Made by a program: the position numbers and the translations under genes. A stretch of DNA of 40,882 bases from a virus. The first letter of the stretch is position 1. Every line of letters begins with the position of its first letter. Under the pieces are notes generated by a model. It ran no database searches. It was not told where the DNA came from and worked only from the letters and a program-made list of their open reading frames with translations. The stretch lies in IMG/VR virus record IMGVR_UViG_3300033273_000025, one strand, 5' to 3'. Of this stretch, positions 27,261-34,160 are shown one piece after another.

Positions 27261-27292
27261 ACAATAGAAAAAGGGGCGACTTTCGCCGCCCC
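27261..27292 (-). terminator. Hairpin plus U-run terminator between the endonuclease and primase genes.
   Basis: The minus strand reads GGGGCGGC-GAAA-GTCGCCCC followed by TTTTTCTATTGTG. Confidence 0.6.
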
Positions 27293-27321
27293 TCGCTCAC
27301 CTTTGATGTCAAAATACTAAC

Positions 27322-27786
27322 TCAAGTTTTTTTTGAACTAGAGTTCGTATTTCGTAGGCACTCGGCTATCCAGTCATCAGGAATGACCTTGTGTGCCCAT
27401 TTGAAACCATGCTTCTCGCAATAATCTGCGTAGGTAGTTTTGCTACCTTTGTAGAGTTTGGATCGCGCGTTGCTAAACACAAATCGAATGTCGATGTCTG
27501 GGTGCTGCTTCTTGATCAGAAGGTGCTTGGCGCGGTCTTGGACTGCCCAAATACCTTTCGACTCAAGATACCAAAATCCATCCTTTTTCGGCAGTTTGAA
27601 GTCGGGAGTGTACTTCGCTTGCCGCGCTGGGATTTCGTAATGGATACGATCAGTCTCGTACAATACTTCGATCTCATTAGACCGTAGTTGTTCCGCTATG
27701 GTTTCTTCGAGGCCTGACCGATAACCCGCAGCCAAGCCTCTATAGAACGCTTTGTTTCTTCTTGGGAGGTTAGAAGTCAAAGTCAT
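27322..27786 (-). CDS. Endonuclease I / Holliday-junction resolvase (T7 gp3-like).
   Basis: FRSGLEE..., YTPDF, ESKGIW, DRAKHLLIKKQHPDIDIRFVFSNARSKLYKGSKTTYADYCEKHGFKW is collinear with T7 gp3. Confidence 0.9.
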   Translation of the reverse strand: MTLTSNLPRRNKAFYRGLAAGYRSGLEETIAEQLRSNEIEVLYETDRIHYEIPARQAKYTPDFKLPKKDGFWYLESKGIWAVQDRAKHLLIKKQHPDIDIRFVFSNARSKLYKGSKTTYADYCEKHGFKWAHKVIPDDWIAECLRNTNSSSKKT

Positions 27787-28321
27787 CCTTTGTTACGTCA
27801 GTCTTCACACTGTCTGACGTAACATCCATTGCCGCATCGACAGTGAAACCACCGCCTTCGATTGCGTCAAATCCTTCGTCGTCCCCACCGTACGTGGACA
27901 CCTCTACCACCTGAATTTTGTCAAGCATGAGGCCCACCCCTGATGAACCAGAAACGGTGTACAGGTTGAGGATACCACCGCCCCGAAGTTGACTACCGCC
28001 ACCAATGTTCGGCAGCGCACTTGGGGTGATGACTTGCCCTTGGGTGTCGTAGAACTTGGGTTCATACTTCGACTGCATCTTGAACGAAACTTCGCCAGTC
28101 TCGTCGTCCACAGTGTAGGGCATACGAATGTTCTTTTTGTTGCCGAACTCTTCGGCTGCTGCATCCTTGATCATTTTGACCAAGGGTGTCGCATCGTCTT
28201 TGGACATCACGATTTCCGTTTTGTACTTCGGATTGTTGGTGTCAAAGGCTGTGTCTGGTTTGTTCAAGTGCGGGTACTTCGCACGTCCGACAGGTGAGAT
28301 AAACTTGATTGGTTTTGCCAT
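27770..28321 (-). CDS. Single-stranded DNA-binding protein (T7 gp2.5-like).
   Basis: Start ATG 28321 (MAKPIKFISPVGRAKYPHLNKPD) after AAGGAA. Acidic C-terminus ending DDFDF, as in gp2.5. The ORF-track start 28414 lies in the terminator region. Confidence 0.85.
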   Translation of the reverse strand: MAKPIKFISPVGRAKYPHLNKPDTAFDTNNPKYKTEIVMSKDDATPLVKMIKDAAAEEFGNKKNIRMPYTVDDETGEVSFKMQSKYEPKFYDTQGQVITPSALPNIGGGSQLRGGGILNLYTVSGSSGVGLMLDKIQVVEVSTYGGDDEGFDAIEGGGFTVDAAMDVTSDSVKTDVTKDDFDF

Positions 28322-28340
28322 GCTGTAGTCGTTCCTTTGT

Positions 28341-28376
28341 AGCAAATAGAAAAAGGGGTGATCCGAAGACCACCCC
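28341..28376 (-). terminator. Hairpin plus U-run terminator downstream of the RNAP gene. Its position is analogous to the T7 early terminator.
   Basis: The minus strand reads GGGGTGGTC-TTCG-GATCACCCC followed by TTTTTCTATTTGC. Confidence 0.65.
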
Positions 28377-28395
28377 AAGGACAGGAAGGAAATGC

Positions 28396-28438
28396 GAAGA
28401 ACAGCGGGAAACAATAGGGAGGAAAACCGCTGTTCTTC
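28396..28438 (-). other. Perfect 12-bp stem-loop that starts at the predicted +1 of promoter A, giving a 5' mRNA hairpin.
   Basis: Minus strand GAAGAACAGCGG (28438-28427) pairs with CCGCTGTTCTTC (28407-28396). The loop is 19 nt. Confidence 0.7.
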
Positions 28439-28457
28439 AATAGGGGGACAGAAGTCA
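28435..28457 (-). promoter_or_regulatory. Phage RNAP promoter, copy A, reading leftward. Its first 3 nt are the RNAP stop codon.
   Basis: The minus strand TGACTTCTGTCCCCCTATTGAAG is 23/23 identical to copy B. The CCCTATTG core resembles T7 CACTATAG. Predicted +1 is G at 28438. Confidence 0.7.
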
Positions 28458-31085
28458 ACTGAAGCAGAATTGAGACATTCTGATTAAGTCGAGGTCCAGT
28501 GTCCCCTTGGTTGGAATACACTTGTCGAACTCATGCGCTGGGTTCGATAGTTGCTGTCTGATTTCATCCTCGAACTTCTGAAACACACACTCGCCAGAGT
28601 ACATGTCGATGAAGGTTTCGCGGACTGTATCAAACAAGTCCCAACAGTCACCACTTACAGCGAAACTGTCGTGGATCATGAAGAAGTCCTCGGCTTGGTT
28701 AGCCTCAAGCATTTTCACGATGGTGAGGTGCATATGTGCTGCATCACAACCATGAACCAGATTGGGGCAGATGCCATTTGTGGACTTCTTAACGTCACTT
28801 GCGTCCAACTCTTCGCGTAGTGACATTTTGGTACGGCTGCGTTCCTTGATTGCACGGTCATACAGGAAAATTTTAATCTCTTTGCGTCGAGTTTTCTTGT
28901 AGTCTTGGACAATCGGGAACCCACTGGGTGAGGTCCAACGGATCGGCTTGTTTTCACGCGCCAACGCTTCCGTGACATGTTGCAAGTATTCCATAGATTC
29001 CGCGACTTTTGGGAGGGTGTCTTGGATGCTGTCGTAGGCTACTTGCGCCATGAATTGTGCCGCCTCAAACTGGTCGTCTTCGGTGGCCCCAAGCGGATGC
29101 TCAGGTAGTTCTCCATAGGCGACTTGACGTTGCAGAGGTTTCATAAAGTCATCCATGAATTGTGTGGTCATCCCGACAGGCTTTGAGGAGTAACCATAGG
29201 TCATGGTCGCTCGTTTCAAAGTGCTGCGGGTGACACCGTGGTCTAGCCACGATTTCGATAGTTGGGCAATAGTTCTACCGCCCTCACGCTTACTGTTGAA
29301 TGGTGTGTGGTCGTCCAACTTAGACTGAAGTACCTCCACGACACGTTCCGCATTGCTACGGTAAATGTCTGCCATTTCCTCAGAGGGAACCAAGTTGACC
29401 AAAGCACCTTCGCGGCTGCTTCGGTTGATGCCAGAGTAATGCTGCACACCACTGTTAGTTCCATCCAATGAAAGCGGAATGTAACACACGAAGTTGTCGC
29501 CCTCTTCGATCAACCGCTTCAACTCGAACACGGCTGCCAAGAACTGGAACGGCTTGTCGGCTTTGGACCACTTGTCAAAGGTTGACCGAAAGTCCTCGGC
29601 TACCTCCAACAACCATTCCAAGTTATCGTCCACCCACTGCGCCCTAGAATCCAACGGCTGCTTGGACACCTTGTCAAAGTCACCCACATTCGCCAGATGA
29701 ACCTTGAGCCAATAGGCATTGCACCCCTCGACTCTGTAGCCTCTGTAGAACGTAAACAACGCCTTGATGTGGTCGTCGCGGTGGTAGTTGAAACTTGGGA
29801 TGAAATACATGCGCCCTCGGAAGTCGAGATTGGCAGGTAGATAAAACTTGTCGTGAACCACCAGTTCGATTGCGGTCTGTAAGTCCTGACGCATGACCTC
29901 GGCTGCACCTTTGACTTGGGATTCAAGTTTCTGGTGTTTCCGAATGTCGGCTTTCAGTTCTGCCACTTTCTCACGCGGTAACTCTTGCCAGTTCTCGGGT
30001 AGACGTGGACGCGGTGGGATAAACGCAGTCGGAAACTTACCGAATTGCTTTTGCTCGTCCCAACACCACTGCACCGCCTCCAGAACAGGCCCATTGATCG
30101 CCAGAGGAGTCGCTTGAAGCGCGTTTAGTGCCTTGACGTAGGTAGGGGTGCCAGATGTGAATTGGTGCCTCACAGCGGCTTCCTGTTCGGCTGTAGCCTG
30201 ACGAACCAACTTGACCGTCGAGGCCAGAAAGTCGTCATGATAGCAACCTGTGTCAAAGTCCACCCACGGCTTAGGCTCCGCAAGCATTGGCTTGTAGATC
30301 GGGGCCATCCAAGAAAGGTAACGCTCGGAACGCTCAAGTTGTGCTTGGGCCTCCTCAGTGAACGTGAGTTTCAGGCTTGTGTTGTTCTTGCCCTCGGTGA
30401 TCAGGTTCTTGTCGAACACCTCCGAGAACTCAAGAACGGTAGACAAGATTGGGGCCGCAAGTTTTGCTCTGCGTTCCTTCAATGCCTGACGTTCTGCACG
30501 TGTCTTTGCGGTGCCAAAGTTAAGGCTTCGGGTGCCGTTCTTCTCCGCGATAATCCGCAGTGCCTTTAGGCGGTACGCAGGGCTTGTGTGCGCCTCCGTC
30601 ACTTGGTCGATTAGCCGCTTGTTGGTGTTCAGTGGCTTGGGTCGCTCAAGTCCTAATTCCTTGGCCTGTTCAACGGCTGCCTTGTGCTTGGCCTTGTCGT
30701 CAAACAAGAGGTCATTCTTGAGCAACTCTTTTTCCACCAGTTCACCAATGTTCTGAGTGACTTGAGTGACTGAGTGCTCCTTCAACACCCCATTAAATGA
30801 ACACAAAAGACCAATGTAAGCCAAAGTGCTTTCGTCAACCTGAGACAGATCGTCAACCCATGCAGGGTGTCTGCCTTTGGTGGCTTTAGCTTCCTTTAGT
30901 GCCTTTAGTATTCCTTGGGAAACCTTGGGCAAGGCTTCTTTAAGTTTGTTGAAGTGGTGGGGGCTGTCTGTGGCCTCAGTCTGCTCACTGAACTTTTGAT
31001 GCCATTTGTCTTTGCCTTGGGTACGCATAGTGCGCTCATAGGCTGCATTAGTGTCTCTAGTGGCTACTCTAGTATCTAATGTCAT
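28455..31085 (-). CDS. Single-subunit DNA-dependent RNA polymerase (T7 gp1-like).
   Basis: 876 aa. DGTNSGVQHYSG, RSTLKRATMTYGYSS, MIHDSFAV, and a C-terminus ...SQFCFS (T7 ends FAFA). Confidence 0.95.
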   Translation of the reverse strand: MTLDTRVATRDTNAAYERTMRTQGKDKWHQKFSEQTEATDSPHHFNKLKEALPKVSQGILKALKEAKATKGRHPAWVDDLSQVDESTLAYIGLLCSFNGVLKEHSVTQVTQNIGELVEKELLKNDLLFDDKAKHKAAVEQAKELGLERPKPLNTNKRLIDQVTEAHTSPAYRLKALRIIAEKNGTRSLNFGTAKTRAERQALKERRAKLAAPILSTVLEFSEVFDKNLITEGKNNTSLKLTFTEEAQAQLERSERYLSWMAPIYKPMLAEPKPWVDFDTGCYHDDFLASTVKLVRQATAEQEAAVRHQFTSGTPTYVKALNALQATPLAINGPVLEAVQWCWDEQKQFGKFPTAFIPPRPRLPENWQELPREKVAELKADIRKHQKLESQVKGAAEVMRQDLQTAIELVVHDKFYLPANLDFRGRMYFIPSFNYHRDDHIKALFTFYRGYRVEGCNAYWLKVHLANVGDFDKVSKQPLDSRAQWVDDNLEWLLEVAEDFRSTFDKWSKADKPFQFLAAVFELKRLIEEGDNFVCYIPLSLDGTNSGVQHYSGINRSSREGALVNLVPSEEMADIYRSNAERVVEVLQSKLDDHTPFNSKREGGRTIAQLSKSWLDHGVTRSTLKRATMTYGYSSKPVGMTTQFMDDFMKPLQRQVAYGELPEHPLGATEDDQFEAAQFMAQVAYDSIQDTLPKVAESMEYLQHVTEALARENKPIRWTSPSGFPIVQDYKKTRRKEIKIFLYDRAIKERSRTKMSLREELDASDVKKSTNGICPNLVHGCDAAHMHLTIVKMLEANQAEDFFMIHDSFAVSGDCWDLFDTVRETFIDMYSGECVFQKFEDEIRQQLSNPAHEFDKCIPTKGTLDLDLIRMSQFCFS

Positions 31086-31107
31086 ATTAACTGCTCTTTC
31101 CTTAGTC

Positions 31108-31130
31108 CTTCAATAGGGGGACAGAAGTCA
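31108..31130 (-). promoter_or_regulatory. Phage RNAP promoter, copy B, 26 nt upstream of the RNAP start codon.
   Basis: The minus strand reads TGACTTCTGTCCCCCTATTGAAG. Predicted +1 is G at 31111, followed by GAAGGACTAAGGAAAGAGCAGTTAATATG. Confidence 0.7.
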
Positions 31131-31153
31131 GAGCGGTCACCATATGACCCCTT

Positions 31154-31197
31154 TGTGCCCTGCCTCAATGTGCCCCTTCGGGTGCTGAAATGTGCCC
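31154..31197. repeat. Three direct copies of WWTGTGCCC (GGGCACAWW on the coding strand) upstream of promoter B.
   Basis: TGTGCCC occurs at 31154-31160, 31169-31175 and 31191-31197, spaced 15 and 22 nt apart, in the int-RNAP intergenic region. Confidence 0.6.
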
Positions 31198-31210
31198 TCT
31201 TGTGGGGCGA

Positions 31211-32038
31211 TTAGTTTGCCATTTGCGCTGCTAGTGCCTGTAGTGCGCTGGGCTTCGCTTTGATATATTTGCGCGTTGTCTTTTCGCTCTTGTGGCCCAG
31301 TAGAAGGCCAATCACTGCGGTGTTTGCTTTGAGGTCATTCGCCATGACTGTCGCCGCTGTGTGTCTGAGCGTGTGAAACACATATCGCTTGTCATTCCGC
31401 AGAATGTCTTTGCGCATGGCTCCCCATGTTCGGTAGAATCGCGTGTGCTCAAAATACCCACGACAATCGAAAGATAAAGCCTCCAAAGCAGAGTATGCCC
31501 TAGCATTCACTGGAACGAATCTCTCAGTGCCGTTTTTAGTCTTGGGTAGGTGTATCCATATATCGCCGTTCTCGTCCTCAGTGACGCTGTGAGGGGCTAT
31601 CTGGCATATCTCACCAAGCCTCATGCCTGTCTGATGTCCGAGAACCACAAAATGCTGCATCCACGGCTCGGAACTATGCTTGAACCAATCCTCCATCGCG
31701 GTCAGTTGCGCCTTGGTGAAATACAAGGGCCGCTGCTCATGCTCAACACGCTTCCAAGTGAACTGCGGCGCGTGTGTTATCACCTCCTCCTTTACCGCAT
31801 GTTTGAAAACTTTGGTCAGCATGGCTGCGTAGTGGTTCACGGTGTTGTCACTCAGTCCTTGCGCGGACAGATGGTCAAAGAACGCATGAATGTCCGAGGG
31901 CTTGAAGTCTCCTATATGGCGTTGGGCATGTTCCCCAAAGTCATTGAACTTTTGTGCCTTGGTGACTGACCGTTTCAGGTGGTCCCCATGCCATAGGCGG
32001 TGGGCTTCGTTGGTGACAAATGTTGCAAAGGTAATCAT
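31211..32038 (-). CDS. int: Tyrosine integrase.
   Basis: Start ATG 32038 after AAGGAGG, with an ATGA overlap on the upstream stop. Motifs TGMRLGE, FHTLRHTAAT, LLGH and TRKYIK. The ORF-track N-terminal extension to 32242 overlaps the upstream gene. Confidence 0.9.
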   Translation of the reverse strand: MITFATFVTNEAHRLWHGDHLKRSVTKAQKFNDFGEHAQRHIGDFKPSDIHAFFDHLSAQGLSDNTVNHYAAMLTKVFKHAVKEEVITHAPQFTWKRVEHEQRPLYFTKAQLTAMEDWFKHSSEPWMQHFVVLGHQTGMRLGEICQIAPHSVTEDENGDIWIHLPKTKNGTERFVPVNARAYSALEALSFDCRGYFEHTRFYRTWGAMRKDILRNDKRYVFHTLRHTAATVMANDLKANTAVIGLLLGHKSEKTTRKYIKAKPSALQALAAQMAN

Positions 32039-32355
32039 TGCGCTGCCTCCTTGTCGGCTAATTCCTCCACGCGGTTCATGATCACCGCCATTGCGACACC
32101 CAAATCCTTGAGTGTCGCCTGTTCTGCCATTTCGCGGACTGACTGCCACGGATGCGGCCTTGTGCTGCTGCTGTAATGCGTTTGCGGCTGTGGTGCGTGG
32201 ACTGGCTGCGCGTGGCCTCCCACGCGGTGTTCGTTTAGCCACTCAAGCAACGCTGCCTTGTCGGTTGGTACGTCAACCAGATTGACTTCGCCGTGGTCAC
32301 GTTTGGCCTCGGCCTGTGTGCCTACCCAGTGTCCGTTTTGTGTGTAAAGTTTCAT
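32035..32355 (-). CDS. Hypothetical protein, translationally coupled to int.
   Basis: ATG 32355 (MKLYTQNGHWVG) after GGGGAG. Its stop overlaps the int start. Confidence 0.6.
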   Translation of the reverse strand: MKLYTQNGHWVGTQAEAKRDHGEVNLVDVPTDKAALLEWLNEHRVGGHAQPVHAPQPQTHYSSSTRPHPWQSVREMAEQATLKDLGVAMAVIMNRVEELADKEAAQ

Positions 32356-32359
32356 GTCT

Positions 32360-32737
32360 TTAGCTCCCCAAGAAAAAGCGGACTGCGGGTGTGTCGCCCT
32401 CAAAGGCGGGTTCAACGGATTCAATGAAGGTGTGCCAATCGCCTGTACGGTTCAGGAACTCAGCGACAGCCTCCTTACACGATTGGACATCGACACGCCC
32501 ATCGCGCACCTTGACCTTGTGCTCCATGATTACCTTGGACCAGTGCTCGTCGAAGCGGCCCTCGTCGTCACGTGTCAGGCGTAAGTGTGGTTGCACAAGC
32601 CAATATTCACCATCTGGCAACTCTGTAATTGTGTCGTGGCCTACGCGGTCCTCAGTTTCCCAAGTCTCGTATGGTCCGTCTGTGTTCTTGTAGATTGACC
32701 AAGTGATACGGTCTGCGGTGTAGTTTTCGTTAGTCAT
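32360..32737 (-). CDS. Hypothetical protein.
   Basis: ATG 32737 (MTNENYTADRITW) after GGAGAC. Confidence 0.6.
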   Translation of the reverse strand: MTNENYTADRITWSIYKNTDGPYETWETEDRVGHDTITELPDGEYWLVQPHLRLTRDDEGRFDEHWSKVIMEHKVKVRDGRVDVQSCKEAVAEFLNRTGDWHTFIESVEPAFEGDTPAVRFFLGS

Positions 32738-32862
32738 TCGGTAGTCTCCGAGATTAGAAGGGGGGTTCGTCTGTGGGCTTCTTAGGCTTCCACACAACAT
32801 CCACCCCATGCATGATAAGAATGAAGGCCTCCAAGGTGTGCCCCCAGAGGCTCTGGGGTTCG

Positions 32863-32958
32863 TTAGTAGATTGAGCCAAAGACAAGGCCGCCGTACAGCA
32901 TCAGGAACAGGCAGATAACGCCCACTAGATCGCCAAGGATTTCACGCCAGTTCCACAT
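32863..32958 (-). CDS. Possible 31-aa membrane peptide, below the ORF-track cutoff.
   Basis: TGATG stop/start overlap with the upstream ORF. Sequence MWNWREILGDLVGVICLFLMLYGGLVFGSIY. A 7-bp hairpin (CCCCAGA/TCTGGGG) follows. Confidence 0.4.
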   Translation of the reverse strand: MWNWREILGDLVGVICLFLMLYGGLVFGSIY

Positions 32959-33410
32959 CAGACTGCCTCCCGCTGCTGTGACATTTCGAGTAGCCGCTTG
33001 TGGTTATTTACGCGGGTGTTGTAGCTAATCCGCGCTTGCTCAAGGCTGTTAGGGTAAAGGCCATAGTAGCACCCACCGTCTTGCGTGTTGTGGTCCCACA
33101 CAACGAACTGTCCGTTCCACTCACACAGGACTGTCCACAGGTGCTTGTCGCCTTCGTGGGGGAACTGTGTTGCCGCAATTACGGTTGCACCGTTGCTAGG
33201 CTCTAGTCCGTGCAGTGGTTGGCCTAGTTCCGCGTAGTTCTTCATTAGACCCGCGTGGGTTCCGTCACTCTTCAGGATGTGCTTGCGCTGCCCGAAGTAT
33301 TCTTGGCCCTCTTCGACGCACTCGGCGCGGGTGAACGCCCCAAAGACGTCCTCCCACTTGTTGGTGTCCTTATTGAAAACGAAAAGTGTGTAATAGACTG
33401 ATGCTGACAT
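32958..33410 (-). CDS. Hypothetical early protein.
   Basis: 150-aa ORF, starting 2 nt after the upstream stop. Confidence 0.65.
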   Translation of the reverse strand: MSASVYYTLFVFNKDTNKWEDVFGAFTRAECVEEGQEYFGQRKHILKSDGTHAGLMKNYAELGQPLHGLEPSNGATVIAATQFPHEGDKHLWTVLCEWNGQFVVWDHNTQDGGCYYGLYPNSLEQARISYNTRVNNHKRLLEMSQQREAV

Positions 33411-33412
33411 GA

Positions 33413-33706
33413 TTACACCTCCTCTGCGATACGTTGTGCGGCATAGATGCCCGCAAGCATCGAACGCATTGCGTTGTAGGTGTTACGCTTGGTGTCATAG
33501 TGGGTGATGGTGTGGACACCGCCGCCACTGTTGGCGATACGCTCAAGGCGTACACCGCCATATGCACCGCCTAGGGTGTAAACACCCGCGACTGACTGAA
33601 ACTTACCGTTCTCGTCACGTGTATAAGGTTCGGTGGGTTGGCCTAGTGCCTCGTTAATCTGACGAACTACGAACTCTAGGTCTGCATTTGTGATACGTTT
33701 TGTCAT
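33413..33706 (-). CDS. Hypothetical protein, the first gene of the leftward block.
   Basis: GGAGA lies 7 nt upstream of the ATG. 97 aa. Confidence 0.65.
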   Translation of the reverse strand: MTKRITNADLEFVVRQINEALGQPTEPYTRDENGKFQSVAGVYTLGGAYGGVRLERIANSGGGVHTITHYDTKRNTYNAMRSMLAGIYAAQRIAEEV

Positions 33707-33757
33707 TCGACTGTCTCCGTTGTGTTGCGGAGGTATTCAGTCGGAAGTCCTTTGAAG

Positions 33758-33816
33758 TGGTGGGCGACCTAGGAATCGAACCTAGCGTGCGTCTCCGCGA
33801 GGGAGTTACAGTCCCC
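33758..33816 (-). other. 3' fragment of a tRNA-Tyr(GUA)-like sequence, a candidate attP core. It has anticodon arm, long variable arm, T arm, acceptor 3' strand and CCA, but no D arm or 5' acceptor.
   Basis: The minus strand reads GGGGA-CTGTAAC-TCCCT CGCGGAGACGCACG CTAGG-TTCGATT-CCTAG GTCGCCC A CCA. Upstream sequence cannot form a D arm or pair with GTCGCCC. Confidence 0.65.
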
Positions 33817-33866
33817 TCGAACCTGAGTGCCACCATATCGCAGAAGCCCCGACAGCCTCCGTACGA

Positions 33867-33898
33867 ATCATATGCGCACAACGGAAATCCCCTGTCAA
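33867..33898 (-). promoter_or_regulatory. Possible host-type promoter reading leftward.
   Basis: The minus strand has TTGACA (33898-33893) preceded by a T-rich stretch. -10 candidates are CATATG (18-nt spacer) or TATGAT (20-nt spacer). None is canonical. Confidence 0.3.
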
Positions 33899-33926
33899 AC
33901 AAAAAGTGTCCAGGTGGTACACAAAA

Positions 33927-33949
33927 ATGACTTATGTCCCCCTATAGAG
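33927..33949 (+). promoter_or_regulatory. Phage RNAP promoter, copy C, rightward, heading the structural block.
   Basis: TGACTTATGTCCCCCTATAGAGA matches copies A and B at 19 of 23 positions. CCCTATAG then AGAGG parallels T7 CACTATAG then GGAGA. Predicted +1 is G at 33946. Confidence 0.7.
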
Positions 33950-33973
33950 AGGAAGCGGACACCACCGCCGCCG

Positions 33974-34008
33974 CAGTGACTAGAGACACTAGAGTCACTG
34001 AGAGTGAC
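33974..34008. repeat. Cluster of GTGAC/GTCAC half-sites and short tandem repeats (CACTAGAG-like) in the 5' leader of the rightward unit.
   Basis: cAGTGACTAGAG-ACACTAGAG-TCACTGAGAG-TGAC. AGTGACT (33975-33981) is the inverted complement of AGTCACT (33993-33999). Confidence 0.6.
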
Positions 34009-34060
34009 AAGAACATCCTCCTCTGCCTCACACCAAGAAAAGAGAAACAAGAGACACCAT

Positions 34061-34076
34061 AGTCACCTTAGTGACT
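34061..34076. other. Palindrome built from the same half-site.
   Basis: AGTCAC-CTTA-GTGACT. Confidence 0.55.
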
Positions 34077-34160
34077 GTGGTGGGTGTGGTTGACCCCAGT
34101 TCTACCCGACAAGAACTTAGGCGGTCCCACGCCTCCTATAGATACATGAGAGAGCCAAAG

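Noticed and set aside
31211-32242. The long N-terminal extension of the integrase, and similar extensions at 28414 (SSB), 22443, 32809, 32424, 3928, 9925 and 17841.
   Set aside because: The extensions overlap upstream genes in other frames and are Arg/Gly/Pro-rich. Internal starts have strong SD motifs and stop/start overlaps.
33758-33850. A complete phage-encoded tRNA gene.
   Set aside because: Only the anticodon arm, variable arm, T arm and 3' acceptor fold. The 26 nt upstream cannot form a D arm, and no GGGCGAC 5' acceptor strand is present. It is treated as an attP-type fragment instead.
33700-33930. The 76-aa plus-strand ORF over the tRNA-like fragment.
   Set aside because: It has no RBS, runs antisense through the tRNA-like sequence and the promoter region, and its composition is not protein-like.
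34120-34145. A fourth promoter copy (CGCCTCCTATAGATAC), and a similar CCTCCCTATTGTT on the minus strand at 28411-28423.
   Set aside because: Only the CTAT(A/T)G core matches. The upstream specificity region (TGACTTnTGT) is absent. The second sits in the loop of the 5' hairpin.
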